64,000 bases of DNA, taken from assembly GCA_965200805.1 (NCBI GenBank), contig OZ241384.1, positions 763,305 through 827,304 of the forward strand, read 5' to 3'. Shown piece by piece: positions 29,704 to 38,715 of this stretch. Position 1 is the first letter of the stretch. Every line of letters starts with the position of its first letter. The notes below the pieces were generated by a model, which saw only the letters and a program-made list of their open reading frames with translations, was not told the DNA's origin and did not search any database. The position numbers and the translations under genes are program-made. Origin of the DNA: Paracoccaceae bacterium. Its GTDB lineage: Bacteria > Pseudomonadota > Alphaproteobacteria > Rhodobacterales > Rhodobacteraceae.

Positions 29704-30550
29704 GCTGTTCCTTTCAGCATTATGTCTCGTGCTCTATCGATTTCTTGCCTAAAGTGAGCCCAGGAAGATTGAGATTTCACTTTGTCACACTCAGCCAAGA
29801 GATTGTAGTGTATAGTCTTTTTCAGATTATTTTTATGACGGTCTTTGGACAAGCGTCCCGCTTTCTTGAGGAGGGTGGGCGAAAGATAAGCCAGTGACGC
29901 GGCTGCGGCACCAACAACGAGAAATACCGGCCAAGAAAACGTGACAACCGGTATGACAAAAAATATTGTGGATGTTGTTGTCGCCAACGATGTAGCCCCC
30001 AAGGCAAGACCGCCTGAAGCAAGAGCGGCGGCGGCACCTGCGGAAGCGACAGACATTTCCACCTTACTTGCATTCAGTGACGTGTCCAGATTCCCAAAAC
30101 GCTCCAGAGATTCTGCAAGGGACATCTGAAGATCTGCTGCAAGGGATCTGTTGACTGCCATGATGCTTTCTTCAATCTGCTGATGGACAGGCCTTAGAGC
30201 CTCTTCCCGGCGCAACAACAGATCTCTGTCAGGTATTGACTCAACCTTCTCAAGGGGGATTATATACTTGAGTAACCAAAAAAAAATTAAATTAGTTCAT
30301 AAGGATCAGTATTTTATGCTTTAATTCCCATCTATGGGTACAGTTGGTTTATGTCATTGATTATATGAGATAAATTAGGAAATTGGTTACTCAAGTATAT
30401 AATCCCCTTCTCAAGGGTCAATTGAGAAATCCGCTCTGCGGCTGTCCGGCATTCATTGAAGGCTTGTTGACGTATTTTCTCCCACCATTCAATGATTTCC
30501 ATGCGCTGGAGATAATGAAAAGAGAGGGGATCATTGCATGAAGCGTTCAT
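29700..30550 (-). pseudogene. Hypothetical membrane protein 'B', split by MITE copy 3
   Basis: GGAGG lies 6 nt before the ATG at 30550. Deleting 30255-30415 (the element plus one TSD copy) joins ...AAERISQLTLEK to VESIPDRDLLLRREEAL... in frame, giving ~230 aa. It contains a Gly/Ala-rich double hydrophobic segment. It is a paralogue of ORF C at both termini. Confidence 0.6.
30255..30407 (-). mobile_element. MITE copy 3 (153 bp, inverted relative to copies 1 and 2)
   Basis: Its reverse complement is nearly identical to copy 2. The 8-bp direct repeat is TTCTCAAG (30247-30254 and 30408-30415). Confidence 0.85.
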
Positions 30551-30588
30551 GCGTTGCCTCCGCCCCATATTGGCCTGTTATGGTGCAG

Positions 30589-31062
30589 TCATGGTATGAT
30601 GTCATTACTCTCTACTTGCCTCAAACGGATATCCCTCGCATCATCGATTACTTTTTTGAAATGAGCCCAAACCGTGGGCGGGGTGCTGTCATCTTCGGTC
30701 AGCGGATGGTTGCGGATAGTTGTTTGCAAATGGATTTTATTGTTTGTGAAGGGGACTTCCATCTTAACGGACAGTGGTTTTGGCATGTGCAGCGATGCGG
30801 CCAGAGCACGGCAGAATGTCTCAATCCCTGCTTCAACCACTCCCCGCATCCTTTCCTGCTTCTTTTGCCCAAAGATATTATCATAAACGGTATCCTCGAG
30901 ACCCATCTTCTCCTCTTCGTTTTCGAAGCAGGCTTTGGAAATCTTCTCTGCAGCTTTGCAACAAGCATCAAAGACACGAGCGTGCTCTGCCTCCCACCAT
31001 TCAATGATTTCCATGCGTTTAAGCTCTGGAGGATTCGCAGGCACAGCAGTCCTCTCATTCAT
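30589..31062 (-). CDS. Hypothetical soluble protein 'C', paralogue of B without the membrane segment
   Basis: Shares with B the N-terminal RMEIIEWWE...F..C..AAEKIS and the C-terminal WAHFKKVIDDARDIRL. AAAGGGA lies upstream of the ATG. Confidence 0.5.
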   Translation of the reverse strand: MNERTAVPANPPELKRMEIIEWWEAEHARVFDACCKAAEKISKACFENEEEKMGLEDTVYDNIFGQKKQERMRGVVEAGIETFCRALAASLHMPKPLSVKMEVPFTNNKIHLQTTIRNHPLTEDDSTPPTVWAHFKKVIDDARDIRLRQVESNDIIP

Positions 31063-31822
31063 GAAGTGATCCCTTTTGACACTTGCGACAGTGAGTGCTG
31101 GACCATGGGAATGTCCCGCTCTCTGTTAAAACTTCTCTGAGCGGCAATGCCTTGTCTGCGTTTGTCAGCTTTTACTTCCCCGCACAACCCGGTTCTTCTG
31201 ACGGTGCCTGATCAGGGTCTCACAGAGTGTGGGGATCTGGCCGCACGCCCTCCGATGCCGGAATCCCGCCTCGGCCCCAACATCCCTGCCATGGCCCAAC
31301 GCAGGGCCATCTTCACATCCCCCATCCCATCCACCACAGACTGGTGCTTCACACTGCAACCCATCCCGGGATAACACCGTTCGGAGTTCGATGATGCTGG
31401 TACTCGCCAAGGAACGCCGCAACTCCGGGTGGCTGGTTTCCGTTGGTATTGTAAGGCACCGCATGTCATCGTGACACATGACAAATTTCAGGACCGCACC
31501 GAAGACACAATCGATTTTGCAAGTGAAAGCCAGACTGCTGGGAATCAGCCCGATAATAGTCCTTGACCAGCATGGGTGAAGAATCCGCTATAGAAAGACC
31601 CGCTCCATTCTGATTTATCGTTAGCAGCATATCAGAGTGGAATGAGGGTGATGATGTTTCTTGCCCATTACTTTGCGTTCTTGTACTGCTGGATGTCACA
31701 ATCCGCACGAATAAAGAAGGGAGCGTTGTGTCGGACATCACGCCAACCTGAGAAGTTTCTTTTTTTGGAATCCCAATTCCTAAAACCAACTTGTTTGTGA
31801 GTTGCCTTCCTGGAGACACCCC

Positions 31823-33396
31823 ATGACCCGTAAGTCTCTGCCCATCGGCATCCAGGACTTCGCAACGATCAGGAGCGAAGACTTCTACTGTGTCGACAAG
31901 GCCCCCTCATCCGGCAGCTGGTGGCGGGTGGCCGCCACCACTTCCTCTCCCGTCCCCGCCGCTTCGGCAAGAGCCTGCTCCTCGACACGCTCCGGGCCCT
32001 CTTCGCGGGACAGGAGGCCCTGTTCCGGGGCCTGGCCATCCATGACCACCGGGACTGGGCCGCACCGCCGCATCCGGTGCTGCGACTGAGCTTTGACGGG
32101 AGATACAGCACACCGGGGGAGATCGAAGGAGATGTTCTTGAGCAGCTGGAGGCCGTCGAGGATGAGTATGGCCTCACGCCAGGGAGCATGTCCAATACAG
32201 GACCGCGGCGGCTCCGCAACCTTCTGGACCGTCTCCACCACACGACCGGGCAGCAGGTGGTGGTCCTCGTGGATGAGTATGACAAACCCATCCTCGATGC
32301 ATTGCCCGACCCCGACCGGGCCCGCGCCAACCGGGAGTCCCTGCGCAGTGTGTACGGCATCATCAGGGGCAGCGCCGCCCATGTCCGCTTCGTCCTCGTC
32401 ACCGGTGTCGGCATGGTCTCCAGGGTCGGCCTGCTCTCCGATCTCAACAACCTCAAGGACATCAGCCTCGATCCCCGCTTCGCCGCCATCTGCGGCTGCA
32501 CGGACGCCGATCCCGACACGGTGTTCGCGCCCGAGCTTGACGGATTGGACCGGGAGGCCATCCGCACCCGGTGCAACGGCTACAGCCGGCGGGGGGACGC
32601 GCGTCTCCGCAATCCCTTCGATGTCCTGCCTCTCCTGCGGAAACGGGAGTTCCGCCCCTACCGGTTCCGGGCCGGCGCCCCGCGCTTCCTCTTCGAGACA
32701 TTGAAGGCCGGATCGGTCGGCCCCATGGAGCCGGAGGGATGCCTGGCCGACCGGTCCCCGGTCGCGAGGTTCGAAGGGGGCGACATCAGTGCCGAGGCCC
32801 TCCTCTTCCAGACCGGGCCCCTCACCGTCACAGGCGAGCGGAGCGACGGCTTCGACACCCTCCACAAGCCGGACCATCCCAACCGGGAGGTGCGCATCAG
32901 CCTGAACCGGGGACTGCTCCGGCATCTGGGCAGGGCGGTCACGGAAGCCGCCGGCCAGGGCCGTGATCTCTGCACCCGTCTCGGGACAGGTGACCCCGAA
33001 GGCTTCGCGGAGACCCTCAGGGCCTGGCCGGCCGGCATTCCCTGCCAGTGGCACGCCGCAGGCGCCCGCGCCCGCTACGCGGCCTGGCATGCCGGTCTCC
33101 TGCACATGGCCTTCCGTTCCATCGGGGTGGAGGTGCAGAGTGAGGCGGCCTCCGGCCATGGCCGGGCCGACATGGTGGTCCATCTCGGGGATCAGGTGTT
33201 CATCCTCGAGTTCAAGATGGCGGACAGTGCGGATGCCGCACTGGACGCCGCACTCGACGCCGCCTTCACCCGGATGCGGGAGAAGGGGTATGCGGAGGGA
33301 TGCCGGGACCATGACGGGCCCGTCCATCTCATCGCCATCGCCTGCGGGCGGGAGGCGCGCAACCTCTTGGAGGTGCGGGCGGAGCCCGCGTCCTGA
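31823..33396 (+). pseudogene. AAA-ATPase-like / PD-(D/E)XK nuclease-family protein (DUF1703-type), frameshifted
   Basis: GGAGA lies 7 nt before the ATG at 31823. MTRKSLPIGIQDFATIRSEDFYCVDKA is in one frame and PLIRQLVAGGRHHFLSRPRRFGKSLLLDTL is in the next. The switch is at the C5 run 31902-31906. The C-terminal GRADMVVHLGDQVFILEFK is a PD-(D/E)XK-like core. The DNA is very GC-rich. Confidence 0.75.
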
Positions 33397-33671
33397 TCGT
33401 CTGATATGGATTGACCGCTGAGATTTCTCTATTATGGCATCATGCGACTCCTCACAATATCATGACCGTGTCGGGATGCAGGCAGTGATTGCGACGGTGG
33501 ATCATACTGATATTCGCGGGTTGGGTACCGCCAGACGTCACTTTCGTCACGGAGCTGCCTCTCTCTGAGATCGCGGGTCGCAGGCTTCAGACTGTGCCGC
33601 ATAGCGTGATCGAGGGTTCTCCTTCCGGGCTGCCTGCATCCTGACTCGGTCATGGTTGGCTTCCGTGTCTT

Positions 33672-34844
33672 TCAGGGCAGGGCCCGGCTGGCATGCGGGC
33701 GGGCGTTGACCTCACAGACAATGGCCCAGATGAAGCCGACGAGCTCCCGGGCGACGGCTGTGGTGACCTTGCAGTGGTGCTTGCGGACGGCACTGAGACG
33801 GCTGGTGCGCGTGCAGAGTCGCCCAAAGGGTCTCTTGGCGGGGCATGCCAGGCGATGCCCTGCACCCGATCCGGCGCAGCGGCGGCCCTGGCCTGCAGGT
33901 GCCGTGTCTTGCGGGCCGGGAAACGGCAGTTCCACGCTGCTTCCACCAGGATCCGCCGGACATGGCCGTTGCCGGTCCTGGTGATCCCGCCGGTGCGGCG
34001 CTTGGGTCCCGGGGAGCGTTCGCTGGGAACCGGGCCGAGGAAGCTCATCAACTGCCGCGGTGTGTCGAAGCGGGTGATGTCACCCAGCTCGGCCAGGATG
34101 GTGACAGCACTCAGGATATGGATGCCGCGCAAGCTGATCAGGGCGGTCACCATCCTGTCAATCATATCCCCGGGGGCCAGAGACCAGTCCCGGGCGGCGG
34201 CGTGGATCTGATTCTCGAGATCCGCCACCCGCCGCGTGGCCTCCCGGGCGGCATCGACATATTCCTGGAAGACGATCTGCTGGACCGGACTGTCGAAGGC
34301 CTGGGCCTCCAGCCAGCGCGTGTGGGCCTGTGTCCAGCGGCTGCGGCCCGGATAGATGCGGTCGTGCCGGAGGAGGAAGGCACCGAGGCGGGTGGCGGGC
34401 TTTTGTCTGCAGGGCCTTCATGTCCTCCCGGGCCCGGGTCAGATCCCGCATCGCCTCCTGTTCCGGGTCGGGAACCCGGACAGGCGTGAGCGATCCGGAC
34501 CGGTGCTCACGCGCCAGCATCGTCGCATCCCGCCGATCCGTCTTGATGCGATCCGTGGCGCCCCGCGGCGCAAGCCCCGGCGCGACGACCACGCAGTGAT
34601 GACCCGTCTCCGTGATCTCCCGAGTGATGCCATACCCACAGGGCCCGGCCTCATAACAGAAGCTGAGCACGAGCCCATCCGGGCTCAGACGCCTGATCAG
34701 GTGCCGGAGGGCGGATCGATGGTTGGGAATCGTCCCCTGCCACTCCGGTCCGGTCCGGCCGGGCCGGGCAATGGCCACCGCAATCGAATCCTTGTGGACA
34801 TCAAGACCCACATAGGCACTGTATTCAAAGTCTGACATTGACAT
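33672..34844 (-). pseudogene. IS110-family transposase, two frameshifts (IS remnant)
   Basis: N-terminal DEDD domain YVGLDVHKDSIAVAI. Homology continues in a second frame (RLGAFLLRHDRIYPGRSRWTQAH ... LISLRGIHILSAVTILAELGDITRFDTPRQLMSFLG ... GITRTGNGHVRRILVEAAW). It then moves to a third frame (KRPFGRLCTRTSRL...VTTAVARELVGFIWAI). The shifts are near 34390-34392 and 33837-33843. Confidence 0.8.
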
Positions 34845-34935
34845 GTCCTCCGTAACGGGGCCCTCTTCAGGGCCATGCACTGGATCCTGTATACAGGGAC
34901 AGGATCGGGACAGGTCAATCCATGATGTCTAAACC

Positions 34936-35041
34936 GAAGTTCCAGAGTCCTGCCAGCACAAGTCCCTGATCCTGAACAGATCTGATTTTTCTGGAGGAGA
35001 TCCCGCCAGGTACGTTTGAGCTGGCAGGACTCTGGAACTTC
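34936..35041. repeat. Perfect 22-bp inverted repeat (long hairpin) in the non-coding DNA upstream of the IS110-family transposase
   Basis: GAAGTTCCAGAGTCCTGCCAGC (34936-34957) pairs with GCTGGCAGGACTCTGGAACTTC (35020-35041). The loop is 62 nt and one further C-G pair extends the stem to 23 bp. Confidence 0.6.
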
Positions 35042-35302
35042 GTTGGAGATTTGCTTTTGAAGAAATGACTTTTGATACTCTGTTGCATATGATGAAAGTA
35101 TGTGGTGAAGACAAATTGTCGCTTGAATTTACAAGCGTTTCCCCATCGAAACACGTACGCTTTGAAACGTTTGGAATTGCCTGACTTGAGCGGGAGAACA
35201 GAGTCCTCATGTTATCCGGGGACAGGATGCTTGATCCGCAATGTGGCGATCAATCGGTCGATGGACACCATGAGCCGCAGATTTGCGGTGATGCTGCAAC
35301 AA

Positions 35303-36742
35303 TCAATGCGAATCCCGGGTTCTGTGGTATGCGTTCAGGGCCCGTTTGCGGGCCATTGCATGATCAACGATCGGATGAGGCCATGTTTCCCCGAGGATTA
35401 CGTCGGCATCCCTGAGGATATCCCTTGGAGCTTTCCAGGGTGCATGGAGGTGTCTGACCGGCAATGCCCGCAGCTCCGGGAGCCATTGGCGAAGATAGTG
35501 TCCGTTTGCGTCAAAGCGTTCGGACTGGGCGACCGGATTGAAGATGCGAAAATACGGAGCAGCATCGGCTCCAGATCCGGCAACCCATTGCCAGCCGGCC
35601 GAATTATTGGCACGGTCGGCATCAACAAGTGTGTCAACAAACCACTCGGCACCCCGCCGCCAGTCAATGAGTAGGTGCTTGATCAGAAACGACGCCACAA
35701 CCATCCGGACGCGGTTGTGCATCCAGCCCGTTGACCAAAGTTCGCGCATTCCGGCATCAACCAGCGGATAACCGGTCTTGCCGCGTTGCCATTGCCGCAA
35801 CGCGTCAGGATCCTCACGCCATTCCATGCGATCAAACTGACTGCGGATGTTGACCGTTTCCATCTCCGGATTGTGATAGAGCAGGTGGTGGGAAAATTCC
35901 CTCCAGCCCAATTCACGCACAAAAGCTTCCCCATTCTGCCCTGCCACACATGCTCCGATGGCTGCTGCCACTTGCCTTGGACCGATTTCACCAAAACGCA
36001 GATGGGGCGACAGGAAGCTTGTCAGCGGCTCACCGGGTCTGTCCCGACCCGCACTGTAGTTCTCCAGAGCCGTCTGAATAAAGCAGGCAAGGCGATCCTC
36101 TGCCCCGGTCTCGCCGGGTTGCCATATCTGCCGTAACCCCCCGGCCCAATCCGGATTGTCGGGGCGCAATGTCCAGTCATCAAGACTTGCGCCCGGAGGC
36201 CAGACATCGGGAGAGCAAAGGCAGGACACCGATCCGTCTGGAGCAGCATGTCCGCGCTCAAGACACGCCCGCCAGAATGGTGTGAAGACCTGATACGGCC
36301 TGTTGCCGCCGGTACAGATCTCCCATGGCTCATGGAGGAGCGATGCATTGAATGACCGGATCTCAAGACCGCCCCCCTTGAGCTCCGCCTTGATTTGGCG
36401 ATCACGTTCCATTGTCCTGGGTTCGTAGAGACGATTCCAGACCACAGTCCCGGCACCGGTCTCGCTGATGAGGTCTGACAGGACTGATGAAGCCGGTCCA
36501 CGACGAAGAACAAGACGACTGTTGAGTGCTTCGAACCGTGATGCGAGCGCCTCAAGGCTGCCATGCAGCCACCAGTGTGACGCAGCACCAAGAACACAGT
36601 CTTCGGTCTCTTCGTCCAGGATGAAGACAGGCAGAACGCTCCGGCCTGTTTGGGAAGCCCAGAGCAGAGCCGGGTTGTCGGCAATCCGCAAATCCCTCCG
36701 AAACCAGACGATAACGGTATGGTGTCCAGTATCGGATGACAT
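35303..36742 (-). CDS. phr: Deoxyribodipyrimidine photolyase (cryptochrome/photolyase family)
   Basis: N-terminal VIVWFRRDLRIADNPAL and the FAD-binding region DADRANNSAGWQWVAGSGADAAPYFRIFNP. Confidence 0.9.
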   Translation of the reverse strand: MSSDTGHHTVIVWFRRDLRIADNPALLWASQTGRSVLPVFILDEETEDCVLGAASHWWLHGSLEALASRFEALNSRLVLRRGPASSVLSDLISETGAGTVVWNRLYEPRTMERDRQIKAELKGGGLEIRSFNASLLHEPWEICTGGNRPYQVFTPFWRACLERGHAAPDGSVSCLCSPDVWPPGASLDDWTLRPDNPDWAGGLRQIWQPGETGAEDRLACFIQTALENYSAGRDRPGEPLTSFLSPHLRFGEIGPRQVAAAIGACVAGQNGEAFVRELGWREFSHHLLYHNPEMETVNIRSQFDRMEWREDPDALRQWQRGKTGYPLVDAGMRELWSTGWMHNRVRMVVASFLIKHLLIDWRRGAEWFVDTLVDADRANNSAGWQWVAGSGADAAPYFRIFNPVAQSERFDANGHYLRQWLPELRALPVRHLHAPWKAPRDILRDADVILGETWPHPIVDHAMARKRALNAYHRTRDSH

Positions 36743-36981
36743 CGGGACATCTCCAATCAACAGCGAGTCGGCTGAACGTCAATATCGCCCTGAAACCGCA
36801 GAGGCAGCAATGCGCGGGCATTCGGCAGGAAGCAGGGGGCGGGTTCGGATACACACCAGATTGTCGTTGTCTGCTTGACATTCATCCAGTACATTCATCA
36901 AATCGCAGCCTGTCTCACAGCGGACATTGCCCGTGCCCGCCTGATTAAACAGATCACGATTGTAATGGAATTCGTATCACC

Positions 36982-38598
36982 GTGACCGCATTGACGCCAG
37001 AGTCTGTCAGTGATTTGTTTATCATTGGTGGAGGGATTAATGGTTGCGGCATCGCCCGCGATGCCGCGGGGCGCGGGCTGACCGTTCGCCTTGCCGAAAT
37101 GGGTGATCTCGGCTCGGCAACATCTTCAGCCTCAACAAAACTGTTTCATGGGGGTCTGCGCTATCTTGAGCACTTCGAGTTCCGTCTGGTCAGGGAAGCC
37201 CTGATTGAGCGTGAGGTCCTCCTGCGAATGATGCCGCATATCAGCTGGCCCATGCGCTTTGTTCTCCCCCATGCCACCCAACCCCCCAAACGGCTGAAGT
37301 CTCTCCTGCCCCGACCCGGGCAGTCGCGTCCAGCCTGGATGATCAGAGCCGGTCTCCTGCTTTATGACACCCTCGGCGGCCGAAGGATCCTCCCGGGCAC
37401 CCGTACACTCGATTTGACCACGGCACCGGAGGGAAAGCCGCTGCAGGAACGTTTTCGCAAGGGTTTTGAATATTCCGATTGCTGGGTTGATGACGCCCGG
37501 CTCGTTGTTTTGAATGCAAGGGACGCCGCTGAACATGGGGCTGATATTCTGACGCGTACAAAAGTCACCCATACGGAACGCCGGAATGGTTTCTGGGAGA
37601 TCACCACCAGGGATCTCATCACCGACCGGACCTGTGCCTATCGTGCCCGCGCCCTCATCAATGCGGCCGGTCCCTGGGTCGCGGAGATTCTTCATGAAAC
37701 GCTGGGGTTGCCCTCAAAATCATCAATCCGGCTCGTCCGCGGCTCGCACATCGTCACCCGCAAACTCTTCGATCATGACCGGAGCTATATTCTCCTGGGT
37801 GACGACCGCCGGGTGATCTTTGCGATTCCCTACGAAAACGAATTCACCCTGATCGGGACCACGGATGCGGATCACGACAGTCCGAACACCGCGCCCCGTT
37901 GCACCCCGGCTGAACAGGACTATCTGATTGATGTTGTCAATCAGCACTTTCGCCAGCCAATCACCCGGGAGGATGTGATCTGGAGTTACTCAGGTGTCCG
38001 ACCGCTGCATGACGATGGTGCAAATGATGCCAGCTCCGTCACCCGCGACTATTCATTTGAGCTCGACACCCGCAACAACCTGCCAGCCCTCAGTGTCTTT
38101 GGCGGCAAGATCACAACCTACCGCCGCCTTGCCGAGAATGCCGTCAACCGTCTGGCGTCCGACTTCCCAAATCTCACAGAGCCCTGGACATCGCATGCGC
38201 CACTCCCGGGTGGAGACTTTCCCCATGATGGTGTCCCGGACCTCGTTGATGCACTGATGTCAGTGCACCCTTTTCTTGATGCCCCCTGGGCTCATCGACT
38301 TGTTCGCAACTATGGCACGGATGCGGCACGACTTCTCAATCAGGCACGCACCCGCGACGAACTCGGAACCCGCTTCACCGGGAACCTGACTGCAACCGAG
38401 GTCAACTGGCTGATTGGCAGGGAATACGCACGCACCAGCGATGACATTCTCTGGCGGCGCACCAAACTCGGTCTTCATGCCTCAGCCGATGAGATCGCCA
38501 AGCTTGATCACTACATCCGCAAGCTGTCAGATCCGAAGGACGAAAAGGATGCCCTGCGGGCTTCGCTATGTTCGCGATTGACGAGATTGGGCTGTTGA
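36982..38598 (+). CDS. glpD: FAD-dependent glycerol-3-phosphate dehydrogenase
   Basis: GTG start. Dinucleotide-binding motif DLFIIGGGINGCGIARDAAGRGL, then SSASTKLFHGGLRYLE. Length is ~540 aa. Confidence 0.9.
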   Translation: MTALTPESVSDLFIIGGGINGCGIARDAAGRGLTVRLAEMGDLGSATSSASTKLFHGGLRYLEHFEFRLVREALIEREVLLRMMPHISWPMRFVLPHATQPPKRLKSLLPRPGQSRPAWMIRAGLLLYDTLGGRRILPGTRTLDLTTAPEGKPLQERFRKGFEYSDCWVDDARLVVLNARDAAEHGADILTRTKVTHTERRNGFWEITTRDLITDRTCAYRARALINAAGPWVAEILHETLGLPSKSSIRLVRGSHIVTRKLFDHDRSYILLGDDRRVIFAIPYENEFTLIGTTDADHDSPNTAPRCTPAEQDYLIDVVNQHFRQPITREDVIWSYSGVRPLHDDGANDASSVTRDYSFELDTRNNLPALSVFGGKITTYRRLAENAVNRLASDFPNLTEPWTSHAPLPGGDFPHDGVPDLVDALMSVHPFLDAPWAHRLVRNYGTDAARLLNQARTRDELGTRFTGNLTATEVNWLIGREYARTSDDILWRRTKLGLHASADEIAKLDHYIRKLSDPKDEKDALRASLCSRLTRLGC

Positions 38599-38638
38599 CA
38601 GGTCAAAGTCCGGCACAGGCGGACAAAGGACGGGGTCA

Positions 38639-38689
38639 CCGGGGGTCAACCCTCGCCCGGGCTCCGCCCTCCCTCCGGTTGACCCCCGG
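38639..38689 (+). terminator. 13-bp perfect inverted repeat 40 nt downstream of glpD (possible terminator-like stem-loop, no U-tract)
   Basis: CCGGGGGTCAACC (38639-38651) pairs with GGTTGACCCCCGG (38677-38689). The loop is 25 nt and C-rich. Confidence 0.3.
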
Positions 38690-38715
38690 CTGTTGCACTT
38701 CAGAGTGGCAGTGGG

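Noticed and set aside
28992-30407. The two inverted MITE copies as the ends of a composite transposon carrying ORF A and part of ORF B.
   Set aside because: Each copy has its own matching 8-bp duplication (CTATTAAA and TTCTCAAG), so they are independent insertions. The outer flanks of the pair do not share a duplication, and the insertion points cut through coding frames.
31147-31819. ORFs 31165-31479, 31212-31484, 31229-31474 and 31466-31819, located between ORF C and the AAA-ATPase gene.
   Set aside because: They overlap in all frames and show no SD-start arrangement and no motif. This could be decayed coding DNA, but I cannot support a call.
31885-33327. 480-aa ORF on the minus strand, plus several 100-235-aa ORFs in other frames across 31.9-34.9 kb.
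   Set aside because: It lies antisense to, or overlaps, the clearly homologous AAA-ATPase/PD-(D/E)XK and IS110 reading frames in very GC-rich DNA. The translations are Gly/Arg/Pro/Ala-rich with no motifs, which is typical of GC-driven shadow ORFs.
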